A stretch of 61,747 nucleotides of DNA, filler included, from Choristocarpus tenellus KU-1152 (GCA_964200185.2; 13 parts of 13 records of this genome joined end to end with filler, not necessarily neighbours in it), one strand, 5' to 3'; counted from the whole stretch's first letter, positions 12,200 through 26,045 are shown. Program-made: numbers and translations. Notes: a model not told the origin generated them from the letters alone.

Positions 12200-12927
12200 A
12201 CATCGCCAAAACACCAAGACAGACCAAAAACAAATAAAAANNNNNNNNNNNNNNNNNNNNNNNNNNNNNNNNNNNNNNNNNNNNTTAATTAATTAANNNN
12301 NNNNNNNNNNNNNNNNNNNNNNNNNNNNNNNNNNNNNNNNATTTCTGACGTGTTTGATGACGAACGAATTAGATAACAAGGGAGAGCACCACCCCCCACC
12401 TTGAGGATAGTGCTCACTCCGCTAATAAACATATCCATACCACACAAAGCAAAATACTCTACTTGAGTAGATAGCTCTCTTTTGCATAACCACAATACCA
12501 CCGTTGATGTTCTACGGCCATCCACCATCTCAAGCCCCAAAATGATATTTGTACTGTGTATTATTTACGTACTCGCCCTGTATGCAGTAGATGCACGCTC
12601 GTAACACTGTAACTTGGTGGGGCGCATTTGAAGTTTGATAGCATTTTACTTTGACCGCTGTAGTCCATTTAAACAAGACACTAGATGTACCAGGGGATTA
12701 CCATCTCCAAGATAACTGCAACTAATGTCCGATTAAGACTATAGACAGTGATGTGCTTCTTGCAATGCTATTACCACTTGTGTATTGAATCATCCCAACT
12801 TCGTAGAGTTGTGCCTTTCTTTACGACAGTGAGATGATCTACAGCTACTGTGCATCAGTTATCGACCTTCCCCCTGAAGCCTTTCCAACAGTTTTTGATT
12901 GGGATGATTGTCTTTTGAATTGTGTAC

Positions 12928-14698
12928 TAGTTACGATTCAAGAGAACCTTGAAACCTTGAAGTGAGGCTAGTTCTGGATGAGGAAGATGCTTACGAACAT
13001 TCTTCGATGGTAGACCGCTTTGGTCTGAGCGTAGAGAAGTAGTATCATTGGGTACGTATCTCTCCCCTTTGCAAGCGAGACTGCCCCAAGCAAGGAAATG
13101 AAAGAGGCAAGTGTAGTTGGTGTCTAAATCAGTCTCGTCAATGTCAGGAACAGTATATGCAATGTCTACGCGGCCCTGTCTTGTTCTCCGATCATGGTAG
13201 GCGAAGGAGAGTGTCGGGGTCTAATTTTGACATTCTTGGCTTGTTCAAATGATCATCTCCGATGTGATCTCTGTTGGTGGGGAGACAGACGAAGATTGCA
13301 ATATTGAGAAGTGAAACACGCCAACCACAGTTTAACAGTCAGTCAATCCGAAGTGTTTCTATCGCAAAACTCTTTACTCCTCGGGCTGGCCCTAACCTTA
13401 GCCTCTACAGAGTTACTATCCCTAACCCTAACCGTTATTGTGAAAACAAAAAAAGGGAAAATATCTCACTCTGTAACAGTATGAAACCTCCCACGATGTG
13501 TATGTTATCCCTCTCCCCTAATGTTGGTAATCGGGATTCAAGAGGGAGATGAACGGTGTGAAAGTACTAGTGTTGTATGCTTTTCTTTGAAGAGTGTTTG
13601 CTGGTCCTTATTCCAAATTCCACCTTGAGATATTACTGACTCCGTTTTCACGTTCCATGTTGACTTCAAACTTTTTCTTACCTAGAAGTTCTTGTATGTA
13701 CTGCCATGGCCATCCCTCCTACACACTGTTTGTATAACATCTTTGGCCAAGTGTGGGTTGGTGAAAACCTTTCCCTCCCCTTTCACTGCGCCCTGTTGTA
13801 AGGTCGAAAGAGTTTTACAACAACGGTTTGTCTCGCCCATAACAGAACAGATTTCATCCGTCTCCCTTAGCATTTGTGTTCATTGGACCTCTCCGTACAT
13901 CTGACAGTTAAGCAAACAAATAATGACATTTTTTATTTCAGATACGGAGTTACGCATGCGAGGTGCTGATAAGTTACATACTGCACCTAGTATGTAAAGT
14001 CTTCGGACTTTTGTTTTTTATTTTTGCATTGCGTTGAGTGTATAGCCGCAACCCCTGTGGGAGACATCCTTTTGCTGTGACCCCTGTGGAAGACATCCTT
14101 CTGCTGTAACCCTTAAATCATAGGGTTAGGGTTAGCATCGTACTACACCACCTACACACGGGTCGTAAGGAGGTACACACCTCATAGGATGGGATTTGAT
14201 ACTCATGTAGGGTACATGTAAACGCCTGCCAAGTTACTGGAAGACCCCCTTTAATTGAGAATGCTGTTACCTGCGTCCGTGGTGGTTTGTACTTGACAGA
14301 TTTGGAATGATATATAGAGGACCGCTTGGTGATGCTTGCTCTCTGGCTTAGGACTTTGGAGGTGGATATATATATATATAAATTTTGTGCATCTTAGACA
14401 GAGAAAAAAAAATATGATTTTACATGTATTCACTCTGGCAGGGAGATAGATATATGCTGGGTTTTTTTTAGGTGTCTGTGTTTACTGTAGTGCGATACAG
14501 TTAGTACTAAATGGTATGGGAAGAAGTGTTAGTTTGTAAGAAGTTCTCGGAACATTCTTTGTAAGCTACTTGTGCAATAGTGGTACTATCAAATGGTACA
14601 TATGGTTATTGTTGCTATTAGTGGTCCTTTTGAGGCCTTTGGAGGGTGTCCCTCTGAATCGTGAAGGTGTAGACGAAATTGATTTCGACTGAAACCGT
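12928..14698 (-). CDS. Candidate exons of an unknown gene
   Basis: Segments with splice-like ends at ~14271-14353 (LSQRASITKRSSIYHSKSVKYKPPRTQ|gt), ~13682-13792 and ~12928-13080; phases not fully reconciled. Confidence 0.3.
14050..14113. repeat. 29-bp tandem duplication
   Basis: ACCCCTGTGGRAGACATCCTTYTGCTGT twice. Confidence 0.85.
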
Positions 14699-15468
14699 CT
14701 GGGTGGATGATGGACAAGCTTGTTATACATGTGCATGGTATATATACATGCACATATGTATGTGTGTATGTGTGTATCCATGTTCGAAGAGAGGTTGGAG
14801 CATGTAGATATGTACATACACACATGTATATATATGTGTGTGTACGTTTTTTCTTGGATTTATGTTTAAATTACTTTCTATTCTGTACTAGGAAAAAATG
14901 CAACAGTCTTTTTTGGAAGGATTGTACCTTGTTTGTCTGTTGCCAAGGCTGGTGTTAGGTCAGGTTAGGGGTTAGGGTTACATAGAGGTATTTTGTTGGT
15001 GTTGAAATTTTCTTGTCTTTTTTTTTCCATATTGGCAGTGTAGGTGGGGGCGGGGGGTGGGGGGGGAAGGGAGGCCAAGAACATGATCCTTTTGTCAACA
15101 TGCCTTGGTAGAATCATATATGTGCTCTTACATACACATATATGTACTCAGACTGGCAGATACATAAATGCGCATGTGTATATATATACATGTATGTGCA
15201 ATTACAAACATAAATATGTACATATATTTACATAAGTGTACACTCATAGATTAATGTAGTGTGTAGTGTCTGTAACCACATGTTGGGGTGGAGTAAAATC
15301 ACGCTGAGTTCTTAGTCCCAGTTCCAAAATGCTGAAAATTTTAATTTATGCTAACGTTTCCCTCAGAGNNNNNNNNNNNNNNNNNNNNNNNNNNNNNNNN
15401 NNNNNNNNNNNNTTAATTAATTAANNNNNNNNNNNNNNNNNNNNNNNNNNNNNNNNNNNNNNNNNNNN

Positions 15469-15768
15469 ATGGCAACAACAACAAAATAGAAAGAGGAACA
15501 CAAAGTAACAGTGGAACGCACTTGATGCAAGTTCCGAAGAAACTTGGATGACGTGTGCTATGATGTTCCTGTGTGTGATGTGGATCAACTGAATATCAGC
15601 TGATGCTATACTTGTATCTACTGTCATCGATGTGATGATGAGTTGGAATGTGCAATAAATAAATGAACACTAACAACCAGTGCAGTGCACCAATCAACAG
15701 TCAGTACAACAAGCTGGTAGATGTGTATCATATCAACAAGGAACAAATGAGTAGCCTATGTTTTAACA
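15469..15768 (-). mobile_element. Copia LTR fragment
   Basis: Highly similar to the LTR at 59310-59598; ends GTAGCCTATGTTTTAACA. Confidence 0.85.
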
Positions 15769-17339
15769 GCATGCGAAGAGAAGCATGAGTAGGTGTAAGT
15801 GCAAATGACTCGAAGTAATCCTCCCCCTTCCTCTGCCTAGTTCCCTACACAACCAACCTAGCCTTGTATCGGTCTACTTTTCCAATTGCACCACCTTTCT
15901 GGTGAAAACCATATTAGTTTCAAGCACCTTGTGTCCATCTATGGGGCGAAGTACTTGGATCCACACTCCCCCTGGTATATCCAAATCGTCGATTTCCTCA
16001 TCCACAGCCTTTCCGCAAGGGTCACTCCTCCGACTCCTTTCCTCTCTCACGGCCTTGAGTTCAGGTGATAGTGTTGTTGCCTTCCCACCAACAAGCCGAC
16101 CAACCAGTCTCTTCTCAGGATCAAAAACGGACGCCGGCACCCCCCCCCAGATACTTTGACCTTCATACCTCAGTTGTCACCGGGTGGTATGCCTGGCTCA
16201 GGTGAAGGGTCACAGTTGTGATCTGCAAGTCTGAGCATCAATGTATTCCTTCCACTCCCCTTCTGTTACTTGTGATCCACATCACCTATGCCTGTATCCA
16301 ATTCACCATCTGATCCTGCTGTCTCCACTTCTAACTCTCACTCACTACCTTACATCAGGACTTGAAAGAGATTCCACAATATCTCCACCTGACTACTCTT
16401 TTAACACTCCGCCACTCAGACCTGGTTCCACTTCTTCAAACGTTAGAGACTCCCTCTTCCCATATCCAAACCGGGTTCCTTGTTAACCACAACCCAAACA
16501 ACATGAGTCATGGTAAGCACTGGATCAGTGTAGAGTTCCCACACATAGTCCTTCCTATGGACTATTTTCCCTCGACTAAGAAACGGGACCCGCAGCAAAT
16601 CAGAAGGGCAGTTGGAGGAAAGTCCCATCATCAAGCCATGGTTCAGATTTAGGAGGCAATTTATGCATGCATTTATCCACTCTTAGTATCCTCCTCGGAA
16701 ACCCAAAGTGATAATAGATAGGGATGAGTAGGAACACCATAAAACAGTTGGTATGGAGACTTGCAGTGGGGATTACTAGACGTGGGGGACAAGTTAGTAG
16801 GGGTGTTGGCGATATTGTGTGCACCTCTGGCCACAATCCCAGTTGATCCCCCAGACCAGTTGCATGCATCACGACCAAATCTTTCTCCACTATCAGTGCA
16901 ATGAACCATTCTACTTTCCCACTGAGTTGATGAAATCCAGGCACAGTGTACTCATGCCTTATCTTGTGTTCATGCAGTTCATCCTCAAAGTCAGCGTTCT
17001 TGAACTCCATCCCCTCATCAGTCCTCACACACCAAATGCGTATGTTCTCCACTTCTGACACATCACAGATGAATGTCCGGAATACCTTGGCAGTCTAATA
17101 CTTGAATCCCAGGAATCTTATCCACCACATCCCAGTTTTATCGCAGATCATTAAGATTCTCTTGTACAAGAAACCTCCTGGGAAGCTCACCCTAGGCTTC
17201 GGACCACTAAGATCAATAAACACCCTACCTAGATGTGTCTCCGATTTGGTCGATGTAACCTTCAGGACTGGTTTCCGACAAACCTTGCCAATAGCACATC
17301 CCTTCCAATATTTCGTCCACTCACCAGTCAGAAAATAAT

Positions 17340-17586
17340 GAGTCAAAGTATCTTAGAGGGTAGAGACGCATCCGTTTGGGGACCAAAATCCAATGTTGCG
17401 ATTTTGTAATTTTAGCCATCGTATTTGTTAGGAAGTGTCAATATCCTTGTTCCAGATACACCTTTTCATAACGTATACATCTAACCTACTACGAAATATT
17501 CAGAGTAATTTAAATGTCATAAAAAACCGTGGGAAGCCAAGCCCCAAAACAAGGCAAAATTCGTACCCTCTAAGATAATTTCATTC
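17340..17586 (-). mobile_element. MITE family A inside Copia pol
   Basis: TIRs; AAT on both sides. Confidence 0.9.
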
Positions 17587-17910
17587 AATGCCACACTCCT
17601 TGACATACTTTCAAACCATCGCCTCATGGCAATTTCCCAGTTGGTGATGCATCTGGTGAATGTCAATACGCGTAGCGAGTCTCCCTCCCACACTCAACCC
17701 CTACGAGGGAATGACATGTGCTGCAAGCCCCAGCAAAGGCTAGTTCATAAGTTGCCACAACATCCTCCTCTAGCACTGTGTTCACTCCAGTCGACCGATC
17801 AAGATCAATATCAACTCTGGTCATCTTTGAGGTAAGCCTCTCCTCGTCAACAGTCCCCCCCCCCTTGGGACGATAACATCTCCAACCCCTTTAAGGATAT
17901 GCTCTTTTGT

Positions 17911-19420
17911 TGTTAAAACTGTTAAAACAAAGGCTACTCATATTTTGTGTACTTGATACGATACAGTATTGCCAGTTCATACTAACTATTGATTCGCATA
18001 TCGGTATTGCTCGTTACTTACATTTACATCATTAGGACCTCTTCATAGCATCACCAACTACTGTTCGGACATCACGGTGCATAGGAACTATGGAACAGTC
18101 GACATCTGTCAAACATACAAGCATAGTATGTCCCACATGAATTGTCCCAGATATTGATTCAAGTTTGCCTCTTTGTGTTACTTTTATCTTCACATCAGAA
18201 GCATCATTCAACTCCATGTTTCAACAGGTTATGAGCCTCAACGCATAAACAACTTACATGACCTCGTTTTGTACTACCTACTACCTTCACCACATTACAT
18301 TATTCTACCGCACCATCATGGAATGCATGGAATGCATCTTGAAACTTCCCATCTTCTCCGGTGACGATTCATCATGGGACGCCTTTAAAATGAACTTTGT
18401 GGGAATCCTTAGCCGTGAGCACACCTGTCACACCTACAATTTAATCAAATGTTAACTCCCTGTTATGGAGTATGGAAAAGTAGTGTACTACACAATTCTG
18501 GCAACACAGCATTATCGGAGTAGCTGCCAATGTTTTCACCAAAATTATGAGTTTTTGGTGTTTGCTTTGCTCGCAAATTCTGGATTAGCTAGTTAGGCCC
18601 CCCACAGGCGCCATTGGGCCCATCACATCTTGGTCGAGAGCATCTCCCGCCCGTCTGTTACCATCACCCCTACAACCATCAACACCATCACCACCACATC
18701 TACCTTTGCTGAGGACAACAACCACCAGCTGTTCGGCATACTTCTCGCCAATTGCCATGGACCTACCAAAAACCTCCCTCACAGCCTCCAGCAATGCGAC
18801 GAGACTAACCTCAACAATGGCCTCTCTGCTTGGCATGCTCTCAAGACCAAGTATGAGGCGGCAACGGAACCACAGATGCGTGCTGTCCATCGTCGTTTTG
18901 AGCAGTGCATAATGGAACTTGGCAAAGATCCTCATTAGTGACTTCTCCCACTTTACCAAGCAAGGGGAGAACTAGAAGGCTTTGGAGAAACAGTAAGAGA
19001 TTTCTACCTGCGGGCTGTCATCCTCACAGACCTATCCACAAACTACAACATCTTACGCAGCCAAGTACGATTCCAGTCAGACTACTCCAAGGAGGCCCTC
19101 ATCTCAGCCATCCATGCCACATACAACAATGATCTCAACCTATCCAACAGCACTGCAGATGGAACACCAAACGTCACCCTTTCCACCAAATCCCGTCCAT
19201 GTCATCTCTGTCACCAGCCAGGCCACCACCCACGCCACTGTGTCCCAATTGCCTAGTCTACACCACTCCACCACCACCACCACCACCACCACCTTATACT
19301 ACTACACAACCCCATGGCATCGGGTGTTCTTAGCACTTGACACCAACCGACATCAATCAAGAATACCGCACACAACACCAACAGCAACACCAGTACCCCA
19401 ACCCCAACAGTTCCAGCGTG
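17911..19420 (+). mobile_element. Copia 5' LTR, PBS and gag relic
   Basis: LTR TGTTAAAAC...TCAACA(18226); PBS GGTTATGAGCCT; gag LKLPIFSGDDSSWDAFK; CHLCHQPGHHPRHC knuckle at ~19199. Confidence 0.85.
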
Positions 19421-20289
19421 TTTAGGACAGGAGTAAGCCTTATATCCTGTCACTCCACAAACATAGCAGGTACCCATGTAGGTTGCGGAACACGGGGAAA
19501 CAACATTGGGGCAAGAAGATTGAGAGTGTGGCCATCCACGCAGCCAGGAACCTGGACGTCCTGATTGTAGATCCTTTTGACACCCTGCCAGTTCAACCTC
19601 TTGCACAGACTCCTCCAATCATTGCTGCCCCACCATTCCTCTCCATCCGTTGTTCTTGTTGACGTTTGCACATCCGAGATGTCTTACAGGCTCACCTTGA
19701 AGATTGAGTTTGGCTTCACGCCCTTTCCCGGTAACCTGTCAAATCTCGACAAAATACACCTCACTAAGGTAATTGTGTATTGCGCTTAAGCTGGGCCTCC
19801 TCGCTAGGCTCATCATCAATCGGCCTCATCTCTTCACTACCTTGTCCAGATGCATCATAACAATAGTCTCAGATCTTTCCCCAACAGGTAGATGAAAACA
19901 AAACTTAGACTGCATAATTGCTCTTTCTGTGAAATCAATCCGAACAAAACAGTTTCTGAGAAGTTCAAACGATTCTGACGGACTGTTGTGATTGTCCACT
20001 ATTTCCTGTGCAAGTCCACCTAAACCTATCACGAAAGACACACTATAGTCATGCTGACTTCTTGGACTTTTCTCTTAATCCATATCATTGCATCAAACTT
20101 GATGCGGCTCACGCTTACGTAGTCCTTGGTCAACAGAACGTCCTCCCATCCACCCATGGAATAATTCGTGAGGAAGCTTCTCTCGATTTTTGGATAACCT
20201 TCCCCATCATCATTACTGTTGTACACCACGAAATTTTCAGGGAGTGGGACGAGTTGCTGTAGGCCCTCTCAAGCAGTCCCTGCACGGTG

Positions 20290-20937
20290 TGTTGAAACCT
20301 GAATCGAATGCATCGCACTTATGAGCAAAATGCATAGACTACTAGCGACGAGGAATCATGGTGTTGCAAAGCACCGATGAGTAAAAATGCGTAGTCTGTG
20401 TTGTGAATAGATGCGATTGTGCTGCAAAGCACCGATGTATTTATTCTGTTGTAACTGAGGTCATTGATCGNNNNNNNNNNCTGGCAAGGGTTTCCGTGGA
20501 TGGTTTTAACTTTGAATATATTACATCCAGGTGTGCGTCAGGTACATTTATTGCAGAGTGACCTCAGTGCATTATGAGGGAGGAACCACAACCAAGGAAA
20601 AAATAATAACCAACAATTAACTTCCAGATGGAGTCTTTTGCTGATAAGAAGAAGAGATATAGCAGACAACAACAGAAAAAAAACAGAAGGTAACAGAAGA
20701 ACACACTTGGATCAATATCCGAAGTAACTTGAATGACGCATGCTATGATGTTCCTGTGTGTGATGTGTATCAACTGATCCATACTTCTATATACTGTTAT
20801 CGATGTGATGATGAGTTGAGATGCAGAATAAACAAATGGACAATAACAACCAGTGCGTTGGACCAATCAACAGTCAGTACGAGCTGGCAGTTTTGTATCA
20901 TACAAAGAAGGAAAAATGAGTATCCTGTGTTTTAACA
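20290..20937 (-). mobile_element. Copia solo LTR
   Basis: TG...CA ends; homologous to 58866-59598; flanks CGGTG/TAGTG fit a decayed 5-bp TSD. Confidence 0.8.
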
Positions 20938-21239
20938 TAGTGCGCAGTTCTGCTAACCACCTCCTCGTCTCTATCCTCGAAGTCGGACTCGACTTCCTCC
21001 CCACTATCTTCAACTGTTGTTGTTGGTGTCATCTCTCTACACTCCTCTTCTGGTAGCACGGCTGCTGTTACCGATGACTGCCTCCACCAGAACTCCTCCT
21101 CCAATCAATTCACGCTAGCCCTGAAAAGTTGAGGTAAGCACTTTACAGCTGTAAGTGATCATTCGGCATTGCGTTGGTTACATACAATGCAAAATACTTC
21201 CAATATGTTGACCCCGTAGATGTTAGCCTTGCAATTCTT

Positions 21240-22180
21240 TGACTTCACAGTTTTACATAAACCGAGGTGTTTTCACTACATTCGGGACATGTTTATCCCG
21301 GATACAGTTGGAGAAATCTATATTCGATTATTCCTTATATTTCGAACTCTTCATCATACACACCATCTCACATAAACAGTGCACCCACCACCTTCAAAAT
21401 ATGCACATATTCTTCGACAGTTTATGTGAACTCCAACAATTCGATCATACCCCATTGCAGAATCAACCAATTCGCAATAAATATGACCATTTGCAAGAAT
21501 CCAAAACATTGCGGATTTTGACATACTGCCTCAGGTCCTTGTCCCGGAAAAAAAGTCCGCATCATCTCACTGAAATAAATACATTTCACCTTTTCCACTT
21601 TTGCAAATCTCCTTATGGAGTTCTTGACGAAGAGGTCTGTTTCAATACCAAGCAAGAATGTGCACGACCATGCATGTTGGCATGACCCAACATACAGGGG
21701 CCAACATCATCAGACTCGTCAACCCGGGTTTCCATGTCGATGACTACAATACAAACCTCCTCGATGTGAAAAGGGTTTGCAATATCCTGTGCAAGCTAGG
21801 GGAAATGCAGTTGATGCAGCTAGCACACTCTCCAATATATAATGTGGTTCGACAATTCTTGTTCTGCTCGAATGGAAGGACATGAGAAACTTCGGGACCT
21901 GCATGACAAAAGGCGGAGCTAAGGAAAACTGCTCCATCATATCTTTAGTATGTACATACGGGCTGAATCTTTGAATTAGGACTTTAAGAAGAGATTGAAA
22001 GATCCCATAAAGATGAGGATAACCTCTCTACTGCCTCAAATACTCAACACCAGGCAACGGTTCTAAGAGTTCTTTCTATCACCGCTAGAGCCAAGAACCT
22101 CCTTTGGACATCAGGTAGTCGATAAATGTCTTAACGCCAACCATGAAATCGTAGACTCGTTGGTGAAAGACAGTAACACC
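21240..22180 (-). pseudogene. Possible Helitron Rep relic
   Basis: Decayed frame VTVFHQRVYDF..FIDYLM..GG...GVEYLRQ*RGYPHLYGIF resembles HUH motif 2 (VEFQxRGxPHxH). Confidence 0.35.
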
Positions 22181-22199
22181 ATAGTATGCCTGAAACATC

Positions 22200-22620
22200 T
22201 ACCCCCAAAGCGACAAGGAGACAGACAGCACAGTTGTTTCCACGAGGGAGGGAGTCTTTCTCAGTCAGTCACATATATGTTCACACGCCACTGGAATGTA
22301 ATGCCTCACCACAAAGAAGACCATGATGTAGAATATGCTTTATTGATTTACAGCTAAGAGTGACACGTTAACCTACACGAGGGGGGTGTTGTCTGTTAAA
22401 ACATAGGCTACTCATCTGTTTGTTCCTTGATATGATACAGTTCCACCAGTCAACACTGATTGTTGATTGGTCTGTTACTCTCTGGACGTTGCTGTCACTA
22501 GTTCATCACCACCACATCAGTTACCACTAGAACATCATAGTACAGAACAATCGCTCTGTGTTCCACACGCAAGAATAGTATACGTCACTTGAGTTGCATC
22601 ACATATTGGTTCAAGTTTGT
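22200..22620 (+). mobile_element. Copia 3' end: PPT plus LTR fragment
   Basis: GAGGGGGG then TGTTAAAACATAGGCTACTC, homologous to the 41391 LTR. Confidence 0.7.
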
Positions 22621-23034
22621 GACTCAAAGTATCTGGGAGGGGGTGGCGGCTGTCCATTTGGGGTCAATGTTTTTATNNNNNNNNNNNNNNNNNNNNNNNN
22701 NNNNNNNNNNNNNNNNNNNNTTAATTAATTAANNNNNNNNNNNNNNNNNNNNNNNNNNNNNNNNNNNNNNNNNNNNGGGGGTGGGGATGTTGGTGGCCGT
22801 TTCTACTAATGTACACTTACTTGACAGGTGATCACAAATCATCAGGGTCCCACACAGTCGTAATTGACAGCAGTAAGAACCACGGTTGTTTCACAGTTAC
22901 AGTTACAGTTACAGTTACGGTTACGGTTGAGGAAAATGTTGACAGTTGGCATTTATATACCACAACACTAACTTTGAAAACCTACAAACGACTGTAGGCA
23001 AGTGTGGAGATTCCGTAATGGTACCGTGATGGTA

Positions 23035-23083
23035 CCGTAATGGTACCGTGATGGTACCGTGGTGAACATGATGGGTACTGTTC
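23035..23083. repeat. 11-bp minisatellite (GTRATGGTACC)x4
   Basis: Direct reading. Confidence 0.9.
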
Positions 23084-23247
23084 GCCCCATCATACCCTAC
23101 CGTCGAGATAGTATTCTATGAAAGTGACCATACTACCGTCTAGTTCTTCATAAACCCTGACCCCATAGCATAACTACACTGTACTTGGGAGGCGTCTGCT
23201 TATCACAAGCGTACCGTGCAGTGATGATGCCCCCTGACTACATTAAA

Positions 23248-23279
<32 letters not shown>

Positions 23280-23476
23280 TAAATAAAAAAATCGAAATCG
23301 GGAACTGTATATACGCTTGTTTGTTTGTTTGTTTGTCTTAATTGTATTTTGCTTTCACAGCATCCTAACTGCCGACGAACCTCATCAATAATCATCTTTA
23401 AACTCTCACGTTCTCACCCTTACAGCTGCTCCTATATTAATGGCCGTACTGCTACACTATTAATAGTCTTCATTCT

Positions 23477-24045
23477 TCACAATAAATAAACTATATTTGT
23501 TTTCAACAATAAATAAACTATATTTTTCTTCAACAATAAATAAACTATATTTGTTTTCAACAATAAAAAAACTATATTTGTTTTTAACAATAAAAAACTA
23601 TATTTGTTTTTAACAATAAAAAAACTATATTTGTTTTCAACAATAAAAAACTTTTTTTTTTCAACAATAAATAAACTATATTTGTTTTCAACAATAAATA
23701 AACTATATTTTTTTTCAACAATAAATAAACTATATTTGTTTTCAACAATAAATAAACTATATTCTTTTTCAACAATAAATAAACTATATTTGTTTTCAAC
23801 AATAAAAAAACTATATTTGCTTTTAACAATAAAAAAACTATATTTGTTTTCAACAATAAAAAAACTATTTGTTTTCAACAATAAAAAAACTATATTTGTT
23901 TTTAACAATAAATAAACTATTTTTTTTTTCAACAATAAAAAAACTATATTTGTTTTTAACAATAAATAAACTATATTTTTTTTCAACATTAAATAAACTA
24001 TACTTTTTTTCAACAATAAATAAACTATATTTTTTTCAACAAAAA
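23477..24045. repeat. 27-bp AT-rich minisatellite, ~21 copies
   Basis: Unit CAACAATAAATAAACTATATTTGTTTT. Confidence 0.95.
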
Positions 24046-24276
24046 GGTTCTGCGCACATTAAAAAAAAAAAAAGTCGATATACATGCATCTAAATGAGAT
24101 ACGTACAAGTACTGTCAGAACACCAAAACTTCATTTTCCATTGAAGTGAGGTGAGTAAATACAATATGGTACTAATGGACATAGATTGTGGGGCTAACTC
24201 TAGCACCATAGGTAGGGTTAGGGTTCAGTTGGCAGTACTGTATGACCAAGAATGAAAAAATATTGACAGTATATAT

Positions 24277-24555
24277 GAGTGAAAGTATCTTATTAGAGGG
24301 TACGATTTTTGCCCTGTTTGTCCTTTTGGGGTATACCCTTTTGGCTTCTACACAGGTTTTTTATGACGTTTTACATACTCCGAAATGTTTCTGAGTAGGT
24401 AAAAAAAAAGGTACACTTCATGAAAAGGTGTGTCCAGAACAAGGATATTGACAGTTACTTTCTAACGAAAACAATAGTCAAAATTGCATCAAAATCGCAA
24501 CATTGGATTTTGGCCCCAAATGGACTCGGCTCTATTCTCTAAGATACTTTCATAC
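24277..24555 (+). mobile_element. MITE family A inside an ~85-bp tandem duplication
   Basis: TIRs; TAT on both sides; uninterrupted paralog at 24589-24674. Confidence 0.85.
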
Positions 24556-24719
24556 TATGTATGTAACATTCATTATACCATTATTGGTAAGGGTTTAGTC
24601 AGCAGTACTGTATGACCAAGAATGAAGCTATTGATGGTATATATACGTAACATTCATTATACCATTACTGGTAACAACAGTGGGAAGTAAACAACTGCTG
24701 TTGTATTGAATACGACAAC

Positions 24720-25095
24720 AACGTCATAAATACATATATACACATATATATGTGTGTGTACACACACTGTAGTCTGGCGATTATATCATACACAAACATG
24801 AAGTGATAAATACATAATCACATATAGGTATGTGTGTACTCACATCATAATCTGATGATTATATATTATTCTTACATAAACATGAAGTGATATATACATA
24901 ATCACATATAGGTATGTGTGTACCCACAGCGTAGTCTGACCATTTTATTATTCTTATACAAACATGAAGTGATAAATACACAAACACACCCACATATATA
25001 TGTGTGTATGTATGTATGTATGTATGTATGTATGTATGTATGTATGTTTACACCATAGTCTGTCGATGAATATTATTTTTATTTACACAAACATG
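24720..25095. repeat. ~83-bp tandem repeats with (TATG)n
   Basis: ACATGAAGTGATAAATACA-like motif recurs at ~24796, 24880, 24962. Confidence 0.8.
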
Positions 25096-26045
25096 ACCCT
25101 CAACAGGCACAGGCACCAAAAGAAGGAGGGTAATCACAAACTACAAAATTTCGGAACGGTTTTAGCGCGCACCGAACGAACCCTTAGAGTTAGGGCTAGG
25201 GTCAAAAAATTGAAAAAAAAAAAATACCACATTATTTTTTTTCAAAATATGTTCGTGTTGCAAATAGTAATAGTAATAGTAATAGTAATAGTAATAGTAA
25301 TAATAATAATAATAATAAAATACTAGAGATGTATGTACCATAACATGTGAGAGAGGCTCATAACCTTTGCAAAAAGAGAGCTACTCAAATAAGAGTATTT
25401 TGCTCCATGCGGTATGGATGTGCTTATTAGCGGAGTGAGCACTATCCCTTGAGGTGGGGGGTGCCTCTCTCTTATTATTTTCTTATTGCAGAATAAAGCT
25501 GACAACACATCCTTATCAAAACGTGTCCTGCCGTTGGTCGTACTATGTCACATATCCTGTATCCTGTGTGACCCTAACCCTAACCCTAACCTTATCCTGT
25601 ATAGCTAGTCCTGTGTGGCTAGTCCTGTGTAGCTAGTACCATGTCAGTAATCCTCCATCAATCCATTTATATCAAGTTAAAAAAAAAAATCAATAACCTG
25701 ACATTCGAACTTACTACTCTAAGCACACCACACAAGTGTCAATGACACTTATTCCACTTAAGTCAACTTTCCTGTTCTCTAGTGGTGGTAACTAAACACC
25801 CATAAACAATATAAACTACCAGCCTATACTGCACAGAACAAGAGGGTAAGCCTCACGATACATCAAAGGATCAAGGAAGGTGGAAAAATAAACCGATCTG
25901 CGAACAGGTATTTGAGGGAAGGGGGGAAGGGGGGAAGGGGGGAAGNNNNNNNNNNNNNNNNNNNNNNNNNNNNNNNNNNNNNNNNNNNNTTAATTAATTA
26001 ANNNNNNNNNNNNNNNNNNNNNNNNNNNNNNNNNNNNNNNNNNNN

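Larger units (their letters stand above)
15874..21130 (-). mobile_element. Degenerate Ty1/Copia element (gag, integrase, start of RT) carrying nested insertions
   Basis: Zn knuckle CYVCGVTGYKAYSC (~19450-19490); CAIGK...RVFIDLSGP; IWCVRTDEGMEFKN...HEYTVPG...LWPE; RT start AVDEEIDDL..GVWIQVLRP..KVLETNMVFTRK. Confidence 0.85.

Noticed and set aside
23477-24093. Repetitive ORFs, or a CRISPR-like array
   Set aside because: Contiguous 27-bp units with no unique spacers; open frames arise because 27 is a multiple of 3
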